NCBI GenBank assembly: GCA_030765405.1
Contig: JAVCCP010000056.1
Location: forward strand, 1 to 64,000
Reading direction: 5' to 3'
Length of the DNA: 64,000 nucleotides
From: Candidatus Ancaeobacter aquaticus
GTDB taxonomy: Bacteria > Auribacterota > Ancaeobacteria > Ancaeobacterales > Ancaeobacteraceae
Below, piece after piece: positions 35,024-45,735 of the stretch. The number at the start of each line of letters is the position of its first letter. The stretch's first letter is position 1. The notes beneath the pieces were generated by a model. That model worked only from the letters and a program-made list of their open reading frames with translations. It was not told where the DNA came from and searched no databases. The translations under genes were made by a program, and so were the position numbers.

Positions 35024-35365
35024 TTAACAAAAAACTTTGTGCTTTCTCAGGTAATGATTTTTTGTTAGATAATAAATGCCAGTATACGTGAGTATCGCAA
35101 GAGGAATACCTATAGCAATAAACCCTATCATAATAGTATAGAATGTCTTGTCAAAATGGGTTAGAAAAGAATACACGCTTGTAATATCGGGCATATGCCA
35201 TTCACCATTATTTTTTAGAAGGAAAAATTTTCCTGCTTTATATTCAATAAAATATATAAGGGGAACAAAGGGAGGAAAAGATATTTGGGTGCCAAGAAGC
35301 AAGGCAATCTTATTTGCTTTTTTTATGATAAGCGCTGTTATCAGAGCTCGTGTACAGTATGTCTT
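35024..35365 (-). pseudogene. C-terminal part of a DUF2062-family domain, overlapping the glycosyltransferase end
   Basis: The frame reads ...ALIIKKANKIALLLGTQISFPPF... back into the GT4 3' end with no ATG; the N-terminal half is absent. Confidence 0.45.
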
Positions 35366-36446
35366 TTAAGGGGCTGAGAATGAGCTCCCAATCGAACTCT
35401 AAAGCTTTTTTTCGTGCTTGTATTGAAATGTCACTCAAGTTATAAGTGCCGGAAAGACAGGCCGCTATTTTACGGTGAAATTCTGTATCAACTGCTAAGA
35501 GAATGTTATGACCCTCATCAATAGGGAGTCCTTTTATCCCGAGATATGTAGCTATAACAGGTTTTCCGCATGACATGGCTTCAAGTATCTTGAGGCGAGT
35601 CCCGCCACTTGAGTTTAGGGGGAGAATGATAAGATCAGAAACAGAAATATATGTTTCTATATTATCAACATAGCCCGTTGTAATAATCGAAGGGTGATAA
35701 TTAAGTGGTGGGGGATTGTCTCCCACAAGAAGAAATCTCACTGAGTTATCTTTTTCATATACTTTTGGTGCGATATGCGTGCTTATGAGCGAGGCAGCAC
35801 GAGCATTGTGTGGATCATTGAAGTTGCCATAAAACATACACACTGTCTCATTTTTAATGCCGAGGTGTTCTAATACTGAACGGTCCTTTTCTATAGGCTT
35901 AAATTGCTCTATGTCTACCCCGTTTGGAATAAGTGTCGGTGTTCTCAGTTTTCTTGATTGCATAAGCAGTGCATCATTATGTGTGGTAACAAGCACTGAA
36001 TCAGCTTTCTTTATCAAAAATTTCTCAGGCAAATCAAGAAGCATGGCGAAGAGTTTTTTGTCCAGTCCCTTTAAGCGGGTTGTTTCGATGTCGTGACAGT
36101 CCAGGACATATGGATACGAAAATAATTTTGATAGAACATGTACCATAAGCCCTTGATAGGGATATTCTACCAATACACTGGTTTCATGTTTTTGTATCTC
36201 TTTGTGTAGTGTGCGCATAAAATCAATATTGAGAAAAGAATGAAACCGATGCTTTTTTTTGTATGGAACGATATGAAATCCTTTTTTACATTCGGTAAAT
36301 TCACACGGGATATTTTTGTTTTCCGGGACAAGCATAGTCACCAAGAAACCTTTTCTGATAAGATAATCAGCAATTGATAGAGACCGGCGGGCATGAGCCG
36401 TTTTTGGTGGAAAAAGATCATAGGGAGAAGTTATAATTATTTTCAT
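35310..36446 (-). CDS. Glycosyltransferase family 4
   Basis: IPNGVD, GGTRLKILEAMSCGKPVIAT (EX7E-type region). Confidence 0.9.
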   Translation of the reverse strand: MKIIITSPYDLFPPKTAHARRSLSIADYLIRKGFLVTMLVPENKNIPCEFTECKKGFHIVPYKKKHRFHSFLNIDFMRTLHKEIQKHETSVLVEYPYQGLMVHVLSKLFSYPYVLDCHDIETTRLKGLDKKLFAMLLDLPEKFLIKKADSVLVTTHNDALLMQSRKLRTPTLIPNGVDIEQFKPIEKDRSVLEHLGIKNETVCMFYGNFNDPHNARAASLISTHIAPKVYEKDNSVRFLLVGDNPPPLNYHPSIITTGYVDNIETYISVSDLIILPLNSSGGTRLKILEAMSCGKPVIATYLGIKGLPIDEGHNILLAVDTEFHRKIAACLSGTYNLSDISIQARKKALEFDWELILSPLKDILYTSSDNSAYHKKSK

Positions 36447-36519
36447 AGTGTTTACCGTTCGATTATATACTAAATGTATAGTCTTGTATTATACTAAAGT
36501 ATCGGAGTTTGACAATCTA

Positions 36520-37578
36520 CTATTTTAATACTTCTTCTTTGTCTGGTTCTCCATCAAAGTTTGTGTCAATTTTCTTTTTAATGAGGGTGCCGGCATCATT
36601 GTAAAAGTGCCAGAGGTCAATGATTCTATCGTTATTTGTATCAAATTCCCGCTCAATATATTCATCATCTTCCGTTGTCGGGGCTACAGGTGACCTGTCG
36701 GTAAGTGCTTCATGAGAAGGTGTAATAGATGCATTGTTGCTTGCGTTATTTTCAGGGAACATTGTTTTATCGATCTGCGCTATTATATTCTTAATTTCCG
36801 GATCCCCAGGATGCGCTGAAAGATACCTTTTAAAATGAATCAGGGCGTTTTTATTATCTTTTTTTATATCATAGTAAATTTGAGCCAATCCGTAATCAGC
36901 AAGGAAGAAGTCAGGCTGTAATGTGAGAGTTTTGGTGTATTGGCTTAATGCTTCCTCAAATCTCCCCGTTTTATTGTATGCGACGGCAAGGTTGTAATGG
37001 GTTTCAGCACTGTTTGATCGTAGGGCTATGGCTTCACGAAGTTCGTTTATGGCAGCATCATAATTCTCCTGCTTGATATACACAAGCCCGATATTATTAC
37101 GTGCCGCTGTGAGCTGCGGGTTTAAATGCAAAGCCTTCTTAAAATGGAGTAGTGCTGTTTTTAAATCTCCTTTATTGAAAAGGGCAAGGCCCAAATTGTT
37201 GAGTGCTTCTGCTTGATTTTCATTTATTTCCGTGGCCTGACGATAATAGGTAATAGCTTTATTGTATTTTCCCAGGTTTCCATAGACTGCTCCAATATTA
37301 TATAGTGCTTCTGCATAATGAGGGTCAAGGGCAATGACTCTTTCAAATTCTTTAAGTGCTTTGGGATAACGCCCGTCATGAAAAAATGCGATTCCGAGAT
37401 TATTGTGAAGATCAGGGTTATCCGGATCTATGGCAATTGATTGTTGGAGTTCGGCAATATGCTTTAGTTTTTCGCTTTGAATAGTGAGCGAGGGTGGCGA
37501 TTTGAAATGAGTGATATAAATTATAACAATGAAGGCCGTGATAATAAGTAAAATAATTAGAAAAAATATTTTCTTCAT
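36520..37578 (-). CDS. Membrane-anchored TPR protein with C-terminal DxNxD repeats
   Basis: N-terminal TM, about 7 TPRs (HNNLG, YNIG, NNLG, YNLA), C-terminal FDTNNDRIID..IDTNFDGEPD. Confidence 0.85.
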   Translation of the reverse strand: MKKIFFLIILLIITAFIVIIYITHFKSPPSLTIQSEKLKHIAELQQSIAIDPDNPDLHNNLGIAFFHDGRYPKALKEFERVIALDPHYAEALYNIGAVYGNLGKYNKAITYYRQATEINENQAEALNNLGLALFNKGDLKTALLHFKKALHLNPQLTAARNNIGLVYIKQENYDAAINELREAIALRSNSAETHYNLAVAYNKTGRFEEALSQYTKTLTLQPDFFLADYGLAQIYYDIKKDNKNALIHFKRYLSAHPGDPEIKNIIAQIDKTMFPENNASNNASITPSHEALTDRSPVAPTTEDDEYIEREFDTNNDRIIDLWHFYNDAGTLIKKKIDTNFDGEPDKEEVLK

Positions 37579-37690
37579 AATGGATAAAAAAGTTATAATA
37601 TAGTAATAGTTTGTTGAACGTGTGACAATGTGTATACGTCAATACGTTATACACTAAAAGTCATTTTTAGGAAAGAGTCATTTTAAGGGG

Positions 37691-39643
37691 TTGTTTCACC
37701 AAGGGGAATGTATGAGAAAAACACATAGTATGCGTGCTGCTATTATCAGTTTTTTAATTGTGAGTTGCACATTGATTTCTTCAGGAATAGCCGAAGATGC
37801 AATGGAAATTGCTGACAAATGTTATGATCAGGCAACAGATTATTTTAATAATAAGGATTATGATTTGGCAGTTGAACTATATAGTGAGGCAGCGAACCTT
37901 GATCCTGACTATGTAGATGCATATTATGGTTTAGGAATGAGCTATGTGCGGCTTAAACAGTACAAGAAAGCTTTTGAAGCCTTTGAAGAGGCATTGTTTA
38001 TTGACTCAGATCATGCTCAGTCTCATTATGGAATGGGGATCATGTATCCTATCGTGATGCGTAATAATGACAAAGCGATAGAACATTTTGAAACGTATTT
38101 GCGGTTAAAACCGCGTGCTTCCGATAGAGATAAAGTTGAAGGATGGATTGATAATCTGAGAAGAAAAGGTAAAATACACCGTAATCCCGAGATGGTCGAA
38201 ATGTATAACAGCGGTGTAGATGCATTTAATAGAGGGCACTATGATGAAGCAGAATATTATTATAAAGAAGCATTACGTTTAAATAAGCATTACGGACCCG
38301 CTCATAACGCGTTAGGGCTCGTATATGTGAGAGGAGGGCGGTATCATGACGCGGCAAAAGAATTTGAGACAGCATTAAAAATCAATCCTCATAACGCAGA
38401 GAGCCATTATGATCTTGGTGTTGTGTATCCCGTATTTGGCGATCATGAAAAAGCGGTGTTTCATTATACTCAATACATAAAAATGAAGCCAAATGCGCCT
38501 GATATTCCACAGGTGAAAAAATGGAGAAAAAAGCTACGTAACAAAAAGAAAGAGCTCAGCGCACGTGCGAATATTTCGTCATATAGTAATGGTGTCGCGG
38601 CATATGGAGAAGGGAAGTATAAACAGGCGATCAAATATTATAAAGAAGCGCTAGATAAAAACCCGCGTTTTGAAGATGCGTGGCGCGGCCTGGGTCTTTC
38701 CTATATTCAGATAAAGAAATATCGTGAAGCACTCAATTGTTTTCAGGAAGCATTGCGTATAAATCCTGATTCATTTGAAGTGCATTACTGTCTTGGCATA
38801 GTATCTCCTCTTTTAGGTGATGTTGAAGGTGGTATTACGCATTTTAATAAATACCTTGCGTTACGTCCCGACGCGCCTGACAGGAAAAAAGTCCAGGAAT
38901 GGATAGCGTCAATTGAAAGAAATCTTGATGTCTCTTATTACAACAAGGGTGTTGATTTCTATAACCAAGGGAAATATGATGAGGCGTTAGAAAGTTACTT
39001 GCAAGCACTTGAATTATCTCCGGATTATGTTGATGCGATGCGCGGGGTCGGTTTAACACTCGTTAAGCAGAAAAACTATAGTGATGCTTTAGATATATTC
39101 CTTGAAGCGTATGAAATTGATCCTGACGATCCTGAAATCAATTATTGTTTAGGGGTTATCTATCCGATTGTTAAAAAAGATACAAAAAAAGGTGAGTATC
39201 ACTATAAGAGATATCTTGAACTTAATCCTGAAGCCGAAGACAGGCAGATGGTTGAAGAATGGATAGAATCATTTAATAAATCGATATATATCGACTATTA
39301 CAATCAAGGTGTTGAGCTTTATGACCGTGGTGACTACCAGGATGCTATAGAAAAATATCGCAAAGCTCTTGAACTTAATCCAGACTATTTTGATGCGTAT
39401 CGTGGACTCGGATTAGTATATATTAAGTTAAAACAATATGACGATGCATTTAAAAGCTTCCTGATCGCGTATGAACTTAGTCCTGAAGATCCTGAAGTTA
39501 ATTATTGTCTCGGAGTATGTTATCCCATCATGGGGGACAAGGACAAGGGGGCGTGGCACTACAAGAAATATCTAGAACTGAGTCCTGAGACACCTGACAA
39601 AGAAAAAGTAGAGCAGTGGATACGTAAATTACAACAAAAATAA
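37691..39643 (+). CDS. Secreted TPR protein built from five ~125-aa modules
   Basis: Signal peptide; five repeats starting YN.G...Y and ending YL.L.P.A.D..KV..WI. Confidence 0.85.
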   Translation: MFHQGECMRKTHSMRAAIISFLIVSCTLISSGIAEDAMEIADKCYDQATDYFNNKDYDLAVELYSEAANLDPDYVDAYYGLGMSYVRLKQYKKAFEAFEEALFIDSDHAQSHYGMGIMYPIVMRNNDKAIEHFETYLRLKPRASDRDKVEGWIDNLRRKGKIHRNPEMVEMYNSGVDAFNRGHYDEAEYYYKEALRLNKHYGPAHNALGLVYVRGGRYHDAAKEFETALKINPHNAESHYDLGVVYPVFGDHEKAVFHYTQYIKMKPNAPDIPQVKKWRKKLRNKKKELSARANISSYSNGVAAYGEGKYKQAIKYYKEALDKNPRFEDAWRGLGLSYIQIKKYREALNCFQEALRINPDSFEVHYCLGIVSPLLGDVEGGITHFNKYLALRPDAPDRKKVQEWIASIERNLDVSYYNKGVDFYNQGKYDEALESYLQALELSPDYVDAMRGVGLTLVKQKNYSDALDIFLEAYEIDPDDPEINYCLGVIYPIVKKDTKKGEYHYKRYLELNPEAEDRQMVEEWIESFNKSIYIDYYNQGVELYDRGDYQDAIEKYRKALELNPDYFDAYRGLGLVYIKLKQYDDAFKSFLIAYELSPEDPEVNYCLGVCYPIMGDKDKGAWHYKKYLELSPETPDKEKVEQWIRKLQQK

Positions 39644-39771
39644 TATGCGTTTGACAAAGATTTTTTGTTTTCAGTCTCAAAGTAGTGTATACTAAAATAG
39701 AATAGTTAGTCACGATAAGTAATCGATGGTGGTTCCCTATATACCCCAACAGGAAGGCGGGTGAGTATATT

Positions 39772-40200
39772 ATGGCCGAATCAAAATATGAAGGACAAAA
39801 TAGAAGGAGATTTGTACGAATACCGTACGAAGCAGTTTTGCGCTATAAGGTTTATAAAGAAACAAAGAAATGTGCGAACGGGGCATGTGATGATACACAA
39901 AAGCACAATTATGCAAATGCAGATAGCAAGAACTTAAGTTCGGGGGGGGTAATGCTTACAACTAAAGAGCATTTTCCACTCCATACGATATTGGAAATTG
40001 AAATGGATGTTCCGAGCATGGACGGATATGAATCGGTGACTATTTTCGGAGAAGTTGTGCGAACATGCGCTAAAAAGAATAGCGAGTTATTTGATAATGG
40101 CCTGTCTTTTTATCGCATTCAACAAGATGATCGAAAAACTATTGAAGACTTTTTAGAGTTTTGTCCTGAGGCATCTGAGTTGGGTGCTGAAGAAATGTAA
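39772..40200 (+). CDS. PilZ-domain protein
   Basis: RRRFVR (RxxxR) and NLSSGG (D/NxSxxG) c-di-GMP motifs; GEVVR. Confidence 0.85.
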   Translation: MAESKYEGQNRRRFVRIPYEAVLRYKVYKETKKCANGACDDTQKHNYANADSKNLSSGGVMLTTKEHFPLHTILEIEMDVPSMDGYESVTIFGEVVRTCAKKNSELFDNGLSFYRIQQDDRKTIEDFLEFCPEASELGAEEM

Positions 40201-40266
40201 ATATAAAGGTTAGGTTGTTATCTTAATAATCTTTTATGTAAATGATTTCTCCCATGAACAGATAAA

Positions 40267-41982
40267 ATGAATTGTACTAATCGTCTAGAGCGGATAAAAA
40301 TAGAATGGATAGCAATCCTTATCCTGATTTTTGCTGTATTTCTCCTCTTTTTTAAGCTGGGAGATAGACCACTTTGGTCAAGTGATGAGGGAAGATATGC
40401 TGAAATTCCGCGAGAAATGGTCGAATCAGGCGATTATATTACTCCGCACCTGAATTATGTAAAATACTTTGAAAAACCGGTTTTATCCTACTGGCTCACT
40501 GCGGCTAGCTACAATCTTTTTGGTGAAAATGAATTTGCTGCACGCTTTCCTGTCGCATTATGTGGCTTTTTAACCATTCTTATGGTGTACCTATTTGGGC
40601 GTGTTGTTTTTGATTCCCGGACAAGTACTCTCAGTATATTTATTCTTACCGCAACAACAGGTTTTTTTCTGGTGAGTAGATATCTTATAATTGACGGTCC
40701 GTTTACATTTTTTAATACCGCGTCACTGTGTTTGTTTTGGATCGCGAACATTCGCAATAAAGGAAGTATTTTTCTTCTCTCATATGCATGTATGGCGCTT
40801 GCTGTACTGACAAAAGGGCTTATTGGCCTTGTTCTTCCTGGGTTAATTATTGGGAGTTATATACTTGTTGCCCGGGATTTCTCCCTTATCAAACGTTCAC
40901 GTATTTTGTGGGGAATACTGGTGTTTTTGATCGTGAGTGTTCCATGGTTTCTAGCCGTGTCGCTGAAGAATCCGGAATTCTTTGACTTCTTTTTTATTCA
41001 CGAACATTTTCAACGTTTTTTAACGAAATCTGCCGGTAGACATGGATCAATTTTTTATTTTGTTATAATTGGAGCTATGTTTTTTTTCCCGTGGACATCA
41101 TTTGTTCCATGTGCCCTGAGAAAATGTTTTTCAAAGGGCAATACAATGGAAAGAAACAGTTTTATCTTTTTAAACTTATGGTGGATAGTTGTGTTAGTGT
41201 TTTTTTCTTTTTCTCAGTCAAAGTTGCCTCCGTATATAATACCTATTGTACCGCCTTTGGCACTTGTTGTGGGAAATGTCTGGAAAGAATTTATATGGGA
41301 TGGGCAATGGAAAAAATATATACAGTTTGGGTTATATTTTACTTTGGTTGGTTTTGTTCTCATTGCTATTTCTTCCATTACGGTTCTGGGGGTGAATTAC
41401 TCAAAAGATATTGAAGCGCGGACAATACTTCCCTATGTTATCCCTATCGGAATAATGTTTATTATTGCGTCCGGTTATCTGGCATGGTTCCTTCGATCTT
41501 TTATGTCTGCGGGAAATGAAGTTAAGCGCAAAATACACTGTCTTATAGCAATAGCGGTGCCTGTTTTAATCGGATATATATTTGTTATCGGCGCTATGGA
41601 AAAATTAAGTTTAACGCAAAGTAGATATTCATTCATTGAGGAAATAAAAAAGAACATGGATGATACAACTGATGTTGCGGTATTTGACGGGTATGAAAAA
41701 TATAGTGATGTTGGTTTTAATCTAAAGAAAAGAATTATATTGGTAGGCGATATTGTTGGAGAATTACGTTTTGGGAAAGCCATTGGTGATAACCAAGATT
41801 ATTTTATATCTCTTGAGGAGTTTAAAAATATATGTAATAGTAACAGGCGAGTGTATTGTTTAATTAAAAAAGATAAATATGGCGAGTTACTTGAAAATAA
41901 AGTAGAGGGACTTACCCTTTTGAAAGAAACCCCGGAGATTTATCTCTTTATCAATGAGGGAAGTAAAACTCTTCGTAAGTAG
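40267..41982 (+). CDS. arnT: ArnT/PMT-family lipid glycosyltransferase, copy 1
   Basis: DEGRYAEIPREM, YFEKP, LAVLTKG, SKLPPYI; multiple TM. Confidence 0.85.
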   Translation: MNCTNRLERIKIEWIAILILIFAVFLLFFKLGDRPLWSSDEGRYAEIPREMVESGDYITPHLNYVKYFEKPVLSYWLTAASYNLFGENEFAARFPVALCGFLTILMVYLFGRVVFDSRTSTLSIFILTATTGFFLVSRYLIIDGPFTFFNTASLCLFWIANIRNKGSIFLLSYACMALAVLTKGLIGLVLPGLIIGSYILVARDFSLIKRSRILWGILVFLIVSVPWFLAVSLKNPEFFDFFFIHEHFQRFLTKSAGRHGSIFYFVIIGAMFFFPWTSFVPCALRKCFSKGNTMERNSFIFLNLWWIVVLVFFSFSQSKLPPYIIPIVPPLALVVGNVWKEFIWDGQWKKYIQFGLYFTLVGFVLIAISSITVLGVNYSKDIEARTILPYVIPIGIMFIIASGYLAWFLRSFMSAGNEVKRKIHCLIAIAVPVLIGYIFVIGAMEKLSLTQSRYSFIEEIKKNMDDTTDVAVFDGYEKYSDVGFNLKKRIILVGDIVGELRFGKAIGDNQDYFISLEEFKNICNSNRRVYCLIKKDKYGELLENKVEGLTLLKETPEIYLFINEGSKTLRK

Positions 41983-42014
41983 CACTGCCACCTGATTAGT
42001 AGAGAACTATTCTC

Positions 42015-43724
42015 ATGACATTTAGTACCATTTCCGACATAATTTACAAATTAAGATTTCTCATCGTAGTTGTTGTTTTAAGCTCCATACTGCTTTTCTT
42101 TAAGATTGGTGATCGCCATCTATGGTATAAAGACGAGGGACGGTACGCTGAAATACCGCGCGAGATGGTTGCCACAGGGGATTATATTGCTCCTCACCTT
42201 AATTACGTGAAGTATTTTGAAAAACCCGTGCTGTGTTACTGGATGACTGCTCTGAGTTACAAAGCATTTGGGGTAAATGAATTTGCCGCCCGCTTTCCGA
42301 TGGCGCTTTTGGGGCTCATTACAATATGCGCGGTCTATTTATTTGGTAAAGAATTCTTTGGTGAGCGTGAGGGGTTTTTATCGACACTCATACTCCTTGC
42401 AACAATAGGTTTTTACTTAGTAAATAGATATGTTGTGCTTGATGGCCCTTTTACCTGTTTTTTTACCGTATCGATGTGCCTTATCTGGGCTGGCTACCGT
42501 AAAAATCGTTTAAGTTACTGCCTTTTGGCATATGCCTCGATGGGGTGCGCGGTACTGACAAAAGGACTCATTGGGGTTGTTCTCCCTGTTCTAATTGTAG
42601 GGAGCTATATCCTTGTTACCCGTAAATGGAACGTGGTAAAAAAGCTCTGTATTGTGCGTGGTGTGCTTGTTTTTTGTGCGGTTACCGTTCCATGGTTCTA
42701 TATGGTCACACGCGCTCACCCGGAATTCTTCAACTTCTTCTTTATTCAGGAACATTTCTTAAGGTACTTAACGGATGCGGCCGGCAGGCAAGAACCCTTT
42801 TACTTTTTTCTCATTATTGGGAGCATTTTCTTTGCTCCGTGGACAGTTTTTGTGCCTGTTGCAATAAAAAAACTATTTCAGATTAAAGATGAGAACGTAA
42901 AGAGCACATTAATATTTTTAAATATATGGTGGGTCGCCATACTGGTTTTTTTCTCACTTTCACAATCGAAATTACCCCCATACATTCTTCCGATGGTACC
43001 AGCGCTTGCTTTAGTGGTGGGCAATATTTGGGGTGATTTTTTATGGAGAGAAAAATATGTTAACGGGATGAAGAATGCTTTTATAGTAGCGATATGCGCG
43101 TTACTTGGTTTGATAGTGTATGTTCTATGGGAAGTATTTACTAGTTTGAAAACAGATGTTGATGCTCCTATCATCTTGCCCTATATTGTCCCTGGGATAT
43201 CGCTTTTTATGATAATTGTGGCGGTACTTACCGGTGTCGTGATTGTTATAAAGAAACAGGGGGTTCAGACGTCTCTTGTAACAAAAAAAATTGCTTTTTG
43301 TGGTATACTCATACCACTTTTGGTAAGTTACATTTTTATAATCAGCGCAATGGAAAAACTAGACACGACCCAGAGTAGTTACGTATTTGTTGAAGAAATC
43401 GCCAAAAGAGACCCTGAGAATCGCAGTCGTGTTGTTATTATTGGGCGCAATGAACATTTCAGCGATCTTGGATTTTACCTAAAAAAACGAATAGTTCTTG
43501 TTGGTGATGATTGGGGAGAATTAAACTTTGGTAAGTCGTATGATACGTCGGAAAAATATTTTTTAAGTATCGAAGATTTCCTGAAAAGCCTTGATCCTAA
43601 TGAAAAAGTTTATTGTGTTCTAAAAAAATCGAGTTACAATGATTGGGTCAAAGATTCTTTGCCTGATTTTCATATAATAAAAGATATGCGCAAAAGACTA
43701 CTTATTTCAAATGTAAAAGAATAA
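42015..43724 (+). CDS. arnT: ArnT/PMT-family lipid glycosyltransferase, copy 2
   Basis: Same motifs as copy 1 (DEGRYAEIPREM, YFEKP, SKLPPYIL). Confidence 0.85.
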   Translation: MTFSTISDIIYKLRFLIVVVVLSSILLFFKIGDRHLWYKDEGRYAEIPREMVATGDYIAPHLNYVKYFEKPVLCYWMTALSYKAFGVNEFAARFPMALLGLITICAVYLFGKEFFGEREGFLSTLILLATIGFYLVNRYVVLDGPFTCFFTVSMCLIWAGYRKNRLSYCLLAYASMGCAVLTKGLIGVVLPVLIVGSYILVTRKWNVVKKLCIVRGVLVFCAVTVPWFYMVTRAHPEFFNFFFIQEHFLRYLTDAAGRQEPFYFFLIIGSIFFAPWTVFVPVAIKKLFQIKDENVKSTLIFLNIWWVAILVFFSLSQSKLPPYILPMVPALALVVGNIWGDFLWREKYVNGMKNAFIVAICALLGLIVYVLWEVFTSLKTDVDAPIILPYIVPGISLFMIIVAVLTGVVIVIKKQGVQTSLVTKKIAFCGILIPLLVSYIFIISAMEKLDTTQSSYVFVEEIAKRDPENRSRVVIIGRNEHFSDLGFYLKKRIVLVGDDWGELNFGKSYDTSEKYFLSIEDFLKSLDPNEKVYCVLKKSSYNDWVKDSLPDFHIIKDMRKRLLISNVKE

Positions 43725-43736
43725 ACGAGGATATGC

Positions 43737-44681
43737 ATGACATCTATACCATATATTTCAATAGTGATTCCGGTGTATAATGAAAGCAGTAACTTACAAG
43801 AGCTTTATGATCGCTTAAAAAAAACACTTGAATCAACAGCGAAAATATATGAAATAATCTTTATTAACGATGGGAGTAAGGATGCTTCAATTAGTATGCT
43901 CAGAGGATACTCCAAATCGGATCCGACAGTTGTTGTTGTAGATTTATCAAGAAATTTTGGCCAGCATGCGGCCGTATACGCGGGATTTGCACATTCCCGG
44001 GGAGAGATTATTGTTACGCTAGACGCTGATTTGCAAAATCCTCCGGAAGAGATAACAAAACTTGTACAAAAAATTGAAGAAGGATATGAAGTAGTCGGTG
44101 GCATACGTGGCGTGAGAAATGATTCTCCTGTGCGAAAAACATTATCGTTTATGGTCAACCGTGTTGCATCACGTGTTGTCGGTGTGAGCGTGAAGGATTA
44201 TGGATGCATGTTAAGGGCATATAAAAGAAGCCTGGTTAAAGATATGCTCCAATATGAAGATCTATCAGTATTTATTCCCGCCCTTGCAGCGTCAATTGCG
44301 AGTCAGTCTACTGAAATAGTAGTTGAACATTCTGCGAGAACAAAAGGTAAATCAAAATATAACTTTTTTAAATTATTAACTCTGAATTTTGATTTATTGA
44401 CCGGTTTTTCTTTGCTTCCTATCCAACTCCTCACCATATTGGGTGTCCTGACATCATTATGCGGTGTGTTGTTTGGCGTATTCCTTTTAATAAGAAGGTT
44501 GTTTGTTGGTCCTGAAGTAGAAGGTGTATTTACATTGTTTGCAGTTTTATTTGTATTTGTAGGAATTTTGTTTCTGGCACTCGGCCTTATTGGTGAATAT
44601 ATAGGAAGAATATATCTTGAGGTAAGGCACCGCCCCCGGTTTATCATTAAAAAAGTTTATTCATCGAGTGATCATGAGTGA
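43737..44681 (+). CDS. arnC: Undecaprenyl-phosphate 4-deoxy-4-formamido-L-arabinose transferase-like GT2
   Basis: SIVIPVYNE, SRNFGQHAA, LDADLQNPP, DYGCMLRAY, LGLIGEYIGRIY. Confidence 0.85.
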   Translation: MTSIPYISIVIPVYNESSNLQELYDRLKKTLESTAKIYEIIFINDGSKDASISMLRGYSKSDPTVVVVDLSRNFGQHAAVYAGFAHSRGEIIVTLDADLQNPPEEITKLVQKIEEGYEVVGGIRGVRNDSPVRKTLSFMVNRVASRVVGVSVKDYGCMLRAYKRSLVKDMLQYEDLSVFIPALAASIASQSTEIVVEHSARTKGKSKYNFFKLLTLNFDLLTGFSLLPIQLLTILGVLTSLCGVLFGVFLLIRRLFVGPEVEGVFTLFAVLFVFVGILFLALGLIGEYIGRIYLEVRHRPRFIIKKVYSSSDHE

Positions 44682-45688
44682 TATGGAAATATGACTGTTT
44701 GATCGATGATGATAAGCGGTCATGTTTGAAGATAGTTTTGGAGAAGTACGTGGCGAGTAAAAAAGTAAAAGTAGTGATTTTTGGATATAGCAATATTGGA
44801 TACATATGTCTCAATTTCCTGCTCAGAAAAAACGTTGATGTAGCAATGGTCGTTACGCACAAAGATAGTAACAAAGAGCAAATATGGTTTAAATCGGTAT
44901 ATGATCTAGCGAAAAAGAATAATATTCCTGTCTATACACCTTCAGATCCAAATACAAAATCTTTTGTAAATATCATAAAAAAGGCTAATCCGGATATTAT
45001 TTTTTCGTGTTACTATCGCAATATGTTGTCGAGCGAGATTATCTCCATACCACGCTTAGGCGCATTTAATCTTCATGGGTCACTGCTTCCGCAGTATAGA
45101 GGGCGCTGTCCAATAAATTGGGTGCTTATTCATGGTCAAAAGAAAACAGGACTTACAATTCATCACATGCTGAAGACTCCTGATAGCGGTAATATCGTTG
45201 TGCAGAAATCTGTCCCTATAAAATCATCAGATATTGCGTTAAATCTGCATAATAGGATGCTTAAAGTAATACCACAAGTTTTGTCTCAGTTCTTTGCGCT
45301 GGTAAGCAGGAACGAATTAGCGGGTATCCCTCAAGACAAAGCGCACGCAAGTTACTTTGGCGGGAGAAAACCGGATGATGGTAAGATTTTGTGGACACAA
45401 ACATCGCGAGATGTATATAATCTTGTTCGGGCTGTTACTCATCCGTATCCAGGTGCGTATACATCATATAAGGGTAAAAGAATCTATGTTTGGTGGGGTA
45501 AATCGGTGTATTCATCGCGTAGTGGAGTTCCTGGCACGATCGCAAAAATAGATGCAAAAGGTGTTCGCGTTTGGACTGGTAAAGGCCTGTTTATTATTAA
45601 AAGGGCCCAGATCGGTAATGGAAAAGAGGGCGATGCATTTACTGTTTTCAGTAAAGAGCAGATAGGCACTGGAGATAGCTTAGAATAG
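44678..45688 (+). CDS. Formyltransferase (stand-alone ArnA N-terminal domain)
   Basis: FSCYYR, NLHGSLLPQYRGRCPINW, SYFGGRKPDDG, VRAVTHPYPGA. Start uncertain. Confidence 0.85.
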   Translation: MIWKYDCLIDDDKRSCLKIVLEKYVASKKVKVVIFGYSNIGYICLNFLLRKNVDVAMVVTHKDSNKEQIWFKSVYDLAKKNNIPVYTPSDPNTKSFVNIIKKANPDIIFSCYYRNMLSSEIISIPRLGAFNLHGSLLPQYRGRCPINWVLIHGQKKTGLTIHHMLKTPDSGNIVVQKSVPIKSSDIALNLHNRMLKVIPQVLSQFFALVSRNELAGIPQDKAHASYFGGRKPDDGKILWTQTSRDVYNLVRAVTHPYPGAYTSYKGKRIYVWWGKSVYSSRSGVPGTIAKIDAKGVRVWTGKGLFIIKRAQIGNGKEGDAFTVFSKEQIGTGDSLE

Positions 45689-45735
45689 CTGATAGAGTAG
45701 ACACTATAATGACACAATAAAAAAAGGAGTGAGGA

